Shown one piece after another: positions 39,500 to 50,100 of a DNA stretch of 64,000 bases. The stretch's first letter is position 1; each line of letters opens with the position of its first letter. Below the pieces are notes generated by a model that did no database searches, was not told the DNA's origin, and saw only the letters and a list, made by a program, of their open reading frames with translations. The translations under genes were made by a program, and so were the position numbers. This DNA comes from Daphnia carinata (lineage: Eukaryota). The DNA is taken from the NCBI RefSeq assembly GCF_022539665.2, contig NC_081331.1:3224001-3288000 (forward strand), written 5' to 3'.

Positions 39500-40844
39500 T
39501 TTCATTCGTCTAGCCAATCAATCATCCTCTTCAATTTTTATCGAACGAGGCGAAAAAGAGACTCGGATGATTAAGGATTCATCATCCAGGATTAACGGGG
39601 AAATATCTTTAAGGCTTTTAAGCAACTCTTTAATAACGAAAAAGCTTCTGTCTACGACCGTAGATAAAGATCGTAGCATTGGGGCAAAGTCGAAAAAAAT
39701 TTGGAGGGGAAATATAAGTTTACTAATAGGACTCGACAAATGAAGTGGCAGATGTTTGACGAGCCGACTTCAGGGATTGTCGGATAACGATCTCGACTCG
39801 AGAGCTGCGTAAAAGGGTTGGAACAACCCAAGTGGCGTATGGATTTATTGAAGAAGAAAAAAAAAAAAAAGAGGTGGAGCTCACCTGATGTCGATGGCTG
39901 ATTGTCCTGTTCCATCACGTTGTCGTCCGCTTCATCTAGAAGAAAGAGACCTTCGGAAGTGAAACTTCCGCTGGCGTTGCTTGAAGTGTCGCTCAATTCA
40001 CCATCTTCTTTATCATCGATGGCATTAGGTGGATCTAACAAAAGGAAAAGCAGAATTGTTGAAGATTGTAAAGCAATTTTCTAATACTTTTTTTTTTTTT
40101 CTTAATTAGAAGAGATAATTTAAAGTTGGTGACAAGACTCTTGGAGTTGAATGCCGGTTTTTTGGGGAGGTCCCTACGTGTAAGAAGACGGGAACAGCTT
40201 CAAGCAGATTCAAGTTTTCTTGTTAGTCAACTTAGAAAACCTCCCGTGAGGGTTATGGAAGGAGTAGAGAAACGAGAGAGAAAGGTCTAACAAAGTCCCC
40301 CATTTCAAACCCCCAAAGTCGCTCTGCTGCACTCTTGTTTCGACGTCGACGTCGTCGTCTCCAGCTCTATGGAGTCCATGTAAAAAAGCCCCCACAAAAA
40401 AAGGGCCTCAACCAGACTTCGCAGCATAGATGAGCAGCAGTCGAATTCCCTTCGCGGGACTTGAGCGCAGGGTCCGTCCCGCGGGAGCAGCCTAATATCT
40501 TCCCTCTCTCTCTCCTTTTTCTCTCTAGGACGCTCCATAGCTACGGGAGCAAGAGGAAAAGACGTGAAACGGAAATATATATAAAAAAAAAAATAAATAA
40601 AAATAAAAAAAAAAAAAAAACAAAGAAAAAAAAATCTTCTTTTAGCTTTTTTTTCCTCCCCCTGTTGATAGGCGCGTTGTACGTCACGGACTTTGTCCCG
40701 CTATCGATTGATACGGCTACAGCGAATAACGTTTAAACAAATAGCCGAAGAACTGTGAGGTTTAAAGTTTGAACTCATCATCAATCATGACTCACCGATG
40801 TGCAAGTAACACGGACGAGGCTGTGGCTGTTTACGGCGAGTCAT
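18591..40844 (-). CDS. Oaz: Zinc finger protein 423/521 orthologue (Oaz), multi-C2H2 transcription factor
   Basis: Phase-compatible exons 40844-40796, 40034-39885, 23069-22867, 22681-22539, 22080-21645, 21559-21328 and 21220-18591. '[53 protein letters not shown]', '[16 protein letters not shown]', '[16 protein letters not shown]' and '[11 protein letters not shown]' match ZNF423/521. The link to the two upstream exons is inferred from phase and the MTRRKQ motif. Confidence 0.88.
22437..22459 (+). repeat. G23 homopolymer in an Oaz intron
   Basis: Direct reading of the sequence. Confidence 0.9.
24416..24448 (+). repeat. (CT)n / GAGA microsatellite
   Basis: About 16 CT units inside the large Oaz intron. 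Confidence 0.9.
35561..35610 (+). repeat. A50 homopolymer
   Basis: 50 consecutive A, the longest run in the window. Confidence 0.9.
35884..35911 (+). repeat. (CA)14 microsatellite
   Basis: Direct reading of the sequence. Confidence 0.9.
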
Positions 40845-41990
40845 CTTCAAATGGAGATTGGCTGTTCACCACTCTGCGCGTGATTGATCTGAACAGCAAG
40901 GTGAGCACAGAAGTTCGGATATTTCTCGATGTAACTTAGTAGCGGCACAGTCCTGAAAATCAGATGGAAATAAAAATCAGGGCTTAATTGAAACGATCGG
41001 CCCACTCAAGTCAAATGAGGAGAGGGAAGCTAGCGCGTCTATATAGATGTAGTACAGTTTTCGACTAGACGGAATAGCGAATTGCCTGTACGTGCAGCCA
41101 CGAGGTCGTTTGTGGCCTTCGTCTCACCCACGTCGTTAACGCAGGCGCACTGAGTTTCGTTTAGCTAAGCTGCCCAACTTGTTGCAGCCTTAATCAACTT
41201 ACTTATATTAATGTAAAGCCATTGATTAAACGTTAACTAAAGTTTACGCTGGATGTACCCAGAAACGAGGCTATTTCCGTAGCATAAAAAAAGTTACAAT
41301 TTTCGTTTTACACAATATAATGTGACAAATTTAAAATAAATTTCAGTATCTATTACATAGTGAATGACGTTGGCTAACCAGGAACGGGTGACTCTTCGGC
41401 GTCAAACAAAGTCAAATCTGGATCTAGAGACACATGAAATTTATGTTGTAGAATATTATATTTTACAAGTGTTTCGATGTTCGCAAAGAGGTGGAACTAG
41501 AAGATTTCTAACTGTTTTTTTTTTGCTATTTAAAATCACGAACTTTGCAATTATCCCAAGTAAACAGGGTGCAATTCTTGCCATTCGTACTTTAAATCAC
41601 GAGCAAGAATCTGGGTAATTACTACGTTCTCTTTCAACGCGATTTTTCACTAGCGTGAAATAAAAATATGAACGGAAAACGCACTATTTCTTATAAACAC
41701 CGTTAGATGTCTAACATTAACGTCACAACAAAGCAAGAAAGAAAAAGAAAAATGTACAACCAAAACAGGTTTTTCCAGTTTGAATTCTGTTCCAGTTTTA
41801 GTATGCTCCTCTTATCTACATTGTTGCATTACCGCATACTTGATGTGCACTTGAAGGGAACGGTGCTAAAAAAATAATTATCCAACAAGGGTCATCTGAT
41901 AAGAGCAACAGATCAGAGATCAATCGACGTTTGTCAGCCTACAATTCTACAGACCTATCGCGTATTTCCAAAGTTTCGATCCTTCAGGAA

Positions 41991-43353
41991 ATGACGAGTC
42001 GCGGTGATATCTGTTCTACTGAAGGCCTTATGTCAGCCTGGCAACTTCGTGATTATGGCGGAATTGAAAGTTTGGAACTAGTGAAAGATTTGCCTATCCC
42101 AAAGATTACTTCATCGAAAGATGTACTAGTAGAAATAAAGGCTGCATCTGTCAATGTTTTAGATGCCTGGATGCCAGGTAGTGGTGGCAAATAGGTCTTT
42201 TATCAAATATTTCATAACCTTATTTTTATTACTAGATGGATATGGTAAAGTGGTGTTTGAACAATTGTTTCGAGCTCACCTACCTGTCACTTTGGGCCGA
42301 GACTTTGCTGGAATCGTCAGGGAAGTCGGCAAAGGGGTGACTGAGTTGAAGCCAGGCGATGAATGCATGGGTGTCATTCCACCACAGAGTGGTACAGGAT
42401 CCCATGCCCAGTTTTTGGTTGTTTCATCCTCTTTGGTGGTAATGAAACCTACCAACTTGACAATGGTTGAGGCAGCTTCCATTCCATATGCTGGGTTGAC
42501 TGCATGGGCTGGTCTGAGAAGTACAGGTGGTCTGGCAGAAGTATCAAATGGGAAACAGGTTCTTATTATGGGAGCTGCAGGTGGGATTGGATCAATTGCT
42601 ACACAGCTGTGTAAGCTTTGGGGATCAAAGGTAAAAATCTATTTTAGCCAATGCAATATTAATTGTGGGCTTGTAAGTACCTTGATCCATTAAATAATTG
42701 TGGTGCCAAAGGTTGTTGCAACATGTGCCACTGATGCTGTTCCACTCATCCAAAATTTGGGATCTGATTTCATAGTTGACTACAAATCCCCCGATGCGGA
42801 CTCTACATTGCGAAGTTTTGGAGGGTATGATAATTAAAAGTTTAAGAAGCAATTGTTTCAGATGTTCTAATAAATTGTCTAGTTTCGACCTCATCCTGGA
42901 CTGTACTGGCAAGTGGGACGGTTACGACTTCAAGTTGTTGAAAACGTGCGCCAATGCCAAATATCTTACTCTTGTTCCCCCCATATTAAATAATTTCAAT
43001 GATTATGGCGTGATTGGTGGAATTTTCAAGACAATTTACGATCTCATCGCGGCTAATGCATCACTTATTCTGAGATTCAAAACTCTTCGATGGGTGGTGT
43101 TTTCACCGAATTCATCTGCCTTGCGAAAACTTCGAGACTACGCTCAAAACGACCAGGTCTTGTTTTCTTTTTACTTTAAATTGTTTTCTCTTTTTACTCC
43201 ACAAATTTGAATACTTTATTTTATTAACTCAATTTTGATTTTTAGCTTAAACCATTGATTGATAGCGTTTTCACTTTCGATCAGCTGAAACAGGCCTATC
43301 ATAAAATGAAGTCTGGCCACGCGAGAGGTAAGATTGTGATTCAGATGGCGTAA
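41991..43353 (+). CDS. RTN4IP1: Reticulon-4-interacting protein 1, mitochondrial (MDR/quinone oxidoreductase family); true start may be further upstream (41803)
   Basis: MSAWQLRDYGG, EIKAASVNVLD..DGYG, PVTLGRDFAG, EAASIPYAGLTAW, Rossmann motif VLIMGAAGGIGS, and final exon LKPLIDSVFTF...GHARGKIVI. Five exons with GT-AG introns. Confidence 0.9.
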
Positions 43354-44123
43354 CGTGAAAGCCTTCTCGGTATTTGTTAAATTTTTCTATATTCTATTTT
43401 GAAACGGAAATAAAACTGACGTTTACGGGAAATCCTTAATTTCTTTTTTTTTTTGTTGTTTTTGTTTTTCAATTCATACTTGTAGAATATATGAAAACCA
43501 AATGTAGCAGAAAAAATTGCATTAGAGTAAGTTACTGATAGTGTATTAGGGAGACTGATTATATATATAGAGGAAACTGAAGAATATTGATAACAAGGAA
43601 AATGCAAAATCTTGTTTCTAGAAAAGGGGAAAATTTGTTTCATAAATGTTGGAGAGGAAGGGCGTCTTATTTGGCACTTTGTTCTGAAAAAGGCGAAAAA
43701 GGGGCAGAAGTAACAGCGACCGATTGGAAGTAGTATACAGTGGGAACAATGTGGCGAGGCAAGTTAGAAAGATGTGACCCATTAGATACACGCACACGTC
43801 GATTTAAGCTATCCATTATAATTGTAAGTTTTCTTTTCTCTTTTATTTCGAGACCTTAACTCCCCTATGTAAACAAATGCGTAACATTTTATGTACTTGC
43901 AACTAAGATATTAATCTTTTGTGATTGTGTTATGCAAAAAGGCACATTACTGATCAAAGCCGGACAACTGCGGATGGGTGCAAAAGAAAAAAATCAAGAT
44001 AGAGAAATATAAAAATGTAACAAAAGGCCGCGAATCTAATGAGGCCAAGGTTAACTAATGAACTTAGCACCAATATTGTTTCTTGTGCATTTCGTCTTTT
44101 CCACTAAGGCGTCTAGATTTTAT

Positions 44124-47100
44124 CTATTTTTTTTCCAATTGTTGATAGACTTTGCTCGTAGAGGACATGCTCACCCTCTCGGTTCGCTGTGTTGTCACCT
44201 GGCTGTGATGAATTTGCTCCGTGCTGCTGCGAACGCTGGATGTAGCCGAGTAATAAGACGCATCTCCACCGGCAGACGCACCATGTTGTACATGGGCAGG
44301 ACTTTGAAAACTTGACATTGATACTGATGAATTAAAAGTGCTACTGTTGTTGAATCTTTGTCTCGATTCGGAAAACGAAGGTGTGTGATCTTCTATCATA
44401 GAATTATTGGCGCTATTTGCCGTCGATTCCAGTAAGTGGCGCTGGCGTTGCAGAATCATTAGAGGGGACTCGTTGTCGCGCTGCTGTTGTTGTTGCGGTT
44501 TTTGGGTAGAAGATAAGCGTGGTGGTGTAGCAGGTGGTTGCTTCTTTGGTGGAGGCACAGGTGAAACAGATCGTTGATCACGTTGGAGGTGAAACATCTG
44601 CTGTTGTGGACTGTTCGACTGTTGACCCTGATAGACCTGACGGACTCTGCTTTCAGCTTGAAACGACGACAGGGTTTGTTGAACAGGTGGAGCAGGACTG
44701 CGTTCAATATCGGATCCATTCATATTTGTTCGATAGCCTGATGTCTCCATTGATGAATCGTAGCCGGACATGTAACCTTCTGCGTCCGAATCGCCCTCAC
44801 CGCGATATTTGGCTCGTCGGATGGCAGTCAGTCGACTGCGAGCTTCCTCCAGTTCACGTTCGATTCGCAGTACCTCAGAACGAGCGTCAATCTCCTGCGC
44901 TATTCCACCCACCATTCTATGTAAACGAATCGTTAATGTGAGAATGAGACATTTAAAAAAAAATTTGAAATAACACAATTAAAAGGCAGGGGAATGCATA
45001 CCTTCGATTGACCACCAGACTGCGCTCTTCTTCTTGGGCGATGGCTTGCTGGGCAGCCTTGACCAAATTGTCTGTGGCCCGTTTCACGGCGTTACCGGCC
45101 GCTTGAAGGCGTTGTGTCGACGGACTGTCGGGGTCGGCCTTGACTTTGCAGGCCACCAAAAGCTGGGCAGTTGAACTTGCCACTTGCTTGGCGGCGGAAA
45201 TCAGCTTGTCTTCCGACGACTGGCCCTGGACCAGCGCGTTGGCCGACTCGACCAAGCTGTGCGTCGCAGCGGCCACAAGACGCGCGGCAGAAACCAAACC
45301 TTCCGACCATTGGCCGTCATCCGAATCCGATTGCGGACGGCGGCTGATCTATATTGATCAGAGATATAATTGTTTAGCGACGTATAAAAAACGAACTTAT
45401 TTTCCCTCCATCTGTAAGGAATTTGGGAAATATTTACCTTGCCAATGTCAATCAATTCACGCTGTGCAGCCGAAGCGGCCTTGACGAGTGCTGACGTTGC
45501 GGCGGCAATCGATTTTGCGGCTTCAAGAATCATCTCATCGAAGCTCAGACTTTCATCCGTTTCCTTTTACGAGAAAATGAAGAAACAACACCGATTAGTT
45601 CCGATTTTAAGGTAGAAGATAAGAATGTAAAGATATTTTGTGCGTGAGGTGATGTAGCGATGGCTCACAGCTGTAATAATATGTCTGATATCTGGTTGTG
45701 GTCTAACGATAGAACAACCAAGAATATCAAACATATCTTACAGCCAACAAGCGTTTAGATAATGTCGACCCAGCAACTGAAACGTCTTTAAGTCCATTCA
45801 ACGATTTAAAACAAAATTAAAAAAACAAGTGAATTACTTTTGTAGAACTGATGCGAGGACGTAAGTTGGCCAACTTCTTGGCGGCAGCATCTATAGAAGA
45901 AGCCGCACCCAACAGCTCGTTTTCGGCAATGACAGTAGGGTCTTCGGGATCTTCCCAATCCGTTCCTACTCCCGCGTAGGGAAAAAAAAAAAAAGAAAAA
46001 CGTCAGACAACAGCCAACAGTGAAATCGCAATGGTGACCCTCGAAAGGCCAGCCGTGCATCCCCAACGTTCAATCAAGACAAAGCTTTATACGCGGACAA
46101 ATATAGGCACACAATGTTTAGATTACAACACTGAAAATACGACGCGACATTCCACCATGCCAGTAGGCCCGTGTATCTCTTTTTTCTTTTTGCCCTCCTT
46201 GGATCGTACGTGTTTGTGTTCTCCGGCTTTTATGATTGCGTGCGACGACCGAGACCCATACGATCCCGGCCGACGGATCGATTGACTGGATACTGAATGC
46301 CGGGAGATTTCTGGCAAGCCGGTAAACTACACACTGGGACGACAACTCATAACACAATGCTAGTAAACACGACACACACACACAAAAACCAAAGAAAGAA
46401 AAAAGGAAGAGAAGTAGGGAAGAAAAAAAAAGAGAAATCCATGCATACACGTGTAAGAAAAGAATGGCGTCATCATGCGGAGGTCGAATAATACCGATGC
46501 GTAAATCGGGCTCAGCGTAGCGTGTTTTCATGCCGTCAGCATGCAGTACATGTATGGAAGGGGGGGGGGGATTGCCGAGTGTGAAAATACGGCGGAGTTA
46601 AAACTAGAGCCATCCACCCAAAAAATCTTATCAAAAGCATGGAATCCCCTAGCTTAGTAGTAGAACACAATGACGATATAGGTAATCAATCCCGAATCCC
46701 TGGCAATCCCGACAGCTGTGAAAAAAAAAAGAAAGAAAGAAAAAGAAAATTTCCCCCGGTGCAAGTCTCGCTGATGCACGTTGACAATGTGTGGCTCAGT
46801 AGGTTCCCTTATTCAGCACCCAAAGCTTCACGCACTCTGCCATACACTCACCCAGTCTGTAAAGACACTGGCTCTTTCTCCATGGGCCATAACCTTCGTC
46901 ACCCGATGATGTCACTATAAAGGACAGTATAGATAACATTTGCCTATCACCGATTTTTATCAGTGTGTGAAAATCGCCAAAGAAAAACTCCAGAACTTCA
47001 ATAGCGTGAAATTCTTTCGTTGCTGATGCAGTTTCGGTTTTTTTAAAACAACGGGAGAATGGAAATGCCAAGAATTTTGGTTGTTCAATCACATGCTCGC

Positions 47101-50100
47101 GTATGCAGTGGGGGACGAACAAATACTCAAAATCAACTCAAACCATTCAAAATTGTGTTAAACGAAAGACAATCAAAGACGGAATGTGATACTGCAACAA
47201 AGAAAATTAATTAAAACTAGACTCGCTTTTTTTTTTTAAAACAACGGGAGAATGGAAATGGCAAGAATTTTGGTTTTTCAATCGCACGCTCACGTATGCA
47301 GTGGAGGACGAGCAACTATACTCAAAATCAACTCAAATCATTCAAAAATTTAAATGAAAGACAATCAAAGACGGAATGTGATACTGCAGCAAAGAAAATT
47401 AATATAACAGGAATTACCTTTGAGGATTTCGGCCATCGAAACAAGACCAGTGACGCATTGGGCGATTTTGCGGGAGACGATGGGGAAGTTGTTCTTGATT
47501 TCGATGTTGGCCGCTGGATTAGGTCGCGACAGCACGTGAAGCACGAGTTGCAGCAATTCGCGGTACTGCAGAGCCGTCTCGCGGCCGGCCTGTAGCGTCT
47601 TGGCGCGGTTTTCGTTCGTCTCCGCCGTGTAAGCAGCGCCCTAAAAAAATGAACCGAAAATCCGTTAATAAAAATTGAAGGTGCAATCGTTTTTCAATCA
47701 AAAATACCGTACTTTGCAAGTGGTTAACATGTCAGAAATTGCCTTGCGACCGACATTGGCAGCTACAATAACGTCGTCCTGGAAACAGCTGTTACCCGCC
47801 GCAACCGCCTTGGCCGTTGCCAACGTGATGGGTTTCGTGACTCGAACTAAATCTTCCGGCGTGTATTTGACACGTGGCACTTCCGGCGAATCGAACGCCT
47901 GATGGAAAATAAAAAAAAAATCAGCAATAAACATTTGTGATTCATTGAATTCAACGATTCTCGAAATAAAACGCTCACGTACCCGAATTTCCTGCGCGAT
48001 GGCTTCGATGGTCGATTCGAGAGCCCGAGTTCCTCTGGTGTGCTCGTCTTCGACCGCTTTCACCGTTTTGAGCAGTGATGTCACGTTCGTCACCATAACC
48101 TAGACGGATAAGGGTACGGACAAAAACAACAGGCCAAAAATGAAATGGCAGGCAAGGCAAAGTCTGTAGGGCACACAGGAAGAGGGGTATAGAGGGGCTA
48201 GACAACAACAGCACGCTCGTTTACACGTTATCGATAATCGTAACTAGACAATCTATGTTAGTCTCGTCATAAAAAAACAAAAAAACAAAGAACATTTCTG
48301 TTTTCACGGACTAAAGATTTGCTTCAACGTTTCGTGTGTCTCTGATTTGACTTGTCTTTTGTCGTCATTCATATAGACCATGCGGATTGCGGATGCATAC
48401 GGACAGGCACGTATAAGTAAGGAAAAGAAATTCAGACGGGGGGGTGGATGGATCATTCCAAAACGAAATCGCAAAAAAAGAAACAAGGGGAGATGCGAAT
48501 CCTAAAATCAAATGAATTCGAAATCTGGAGCTAAAATGATGAATTGCTTAATTTTTCTTTTTTTTTTTCTTTTCAAGTGGTTTATTGACCCTTTTTTTTC
48601 GAACGTCAATTCAAATAATAAATACTTCCCGGGTTAGTTGGTTGTAGACTACTACAGATTGACTTGTTCTTTTCAAAACCCAAAATTACTGATTTTGATA
48701 GCGATCAATCAAAAAAAAAGAGGGCAGGCAAAATTGAAAAAAAAGGGTTTCAAAAAAAGTCAAAACAAGAGGCAAAGAATTTTTTAAAAAAGTAGCTGGA
48801 TCTTTTTTGGGGGAGGGGTTTTTCAACACGGCCGCGCCGCACATGTTTCCTTCCGACTAAATTTGGTTTTCACGTTTTTTGTTTTTTTTTATTGTAATTC
48901 GTTTTTTTTTTTTTTAAGTGTCGAAATTGTCAAGGTTCGGCGTAATCCGAGTCAACGATGAGGAGTCGAATGAGCTCCTCTTCCTGGTCAGATACGAGCC
49001 AATCCGAGGGCACGGGCTCAACGTCATCCGCCGGATACTGTGGAATAGCACACATACAACCACAAAACTGAACTGACTTTTCATTTCCACTCAGAAAATA
49101 AAAAGGGAAAGAAGGCGAAGACGTTTGTTTTTTGAAAAGGACAATTATCCCATATTTGATTAGACACAACCGCAAAAATAATCCGGATCGAAAAAAAAAA
49201 AAAAAATGAATTGAATGACGAGACTAAACAGAATCCAGGATTGGCATTGTGTGCTTTTGTTAGTTCCTGCCAGAGCAGGTGTGCGGAACAAATCCATGCC
49301 TGGATTCTTTGACTTTCGATTGGACTATGCTGTTTCCTGGAGGTAGGCAGGGTGGACTTGGTGCACTTAATAGCTGACATTTTTCAGCCATCAAAGCGGG
49401 GATAACCTATCGATCCTTCTAGGGCTAAAATGATGACGATACGATGATGAAAAATCAACTATAGTGGAGAAGGTTGAGGGGCAAACAGTCAGTGAAAGGG
49501 ACGTGCAGACTTGATAGGTGATTTTGCCATCGGCGGGCGTGTCGCAAATTCCAGACAAAGAAAGGCAGCCTCCACTCAACACCACCACCATCATCACAAT
49601 GAAAGCATTAAAATCAAATCACAGGGAAAGTCCACCCCAGCCAGGGAAACTGCATGGTGCAATTTACAATCAACAAACCATTGGGTAGTCGTATTTCAAA
49701 TCCGATAAACGATTCGTTCGCTATTGTTGATCGCTAATTTGTCTGGATTTATATTTAGGAAGAAAAAAAGGGGAGGAAAAAAGAGAAGGGACTCGGTTTT
49801 CGATATTGGACGCGTAAATAAACTTACCTTTGCAGAGTCTTTCAAGTAGATCATGGCGGGATCGTTGATGCTCTTGCCCGAAGCTGATTTGGTGGCGTGG
49901 ATAAGGTCACCCAGAGCGGAGGCCACGTCTTTGACAGAGTTGATCAACATAACCTGTAACATTAGAACAGCTCATCATTAACTGTGTGAACACAAGACGT
50001 AAAAAGATTGCAATTACCTGGGCTTCAGGATTGTTGGAGCCAAGGGATGCAGCACCCAGTTTGACGACATCCGACAGCTGGACAATGGTAGCGACAGCAT

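Noticed and set aside
23200..39500. Dozens of 60-190 aa ORFs rich in poly-Lys, poly-Phe or poly-Gly
   Set aside because: They are translations of A/T/G homopolymers in the Oaz intron, with no domains or coherent splice chains.
49260..49650. Further possible talin terminal exons (FPWLGWTFPVI*; VIPALMAEKCQ...*)
   Set aside because: Weaker acceptors and no nearby poly(A) signal, so they are not distinguishable from chance without transcripts.
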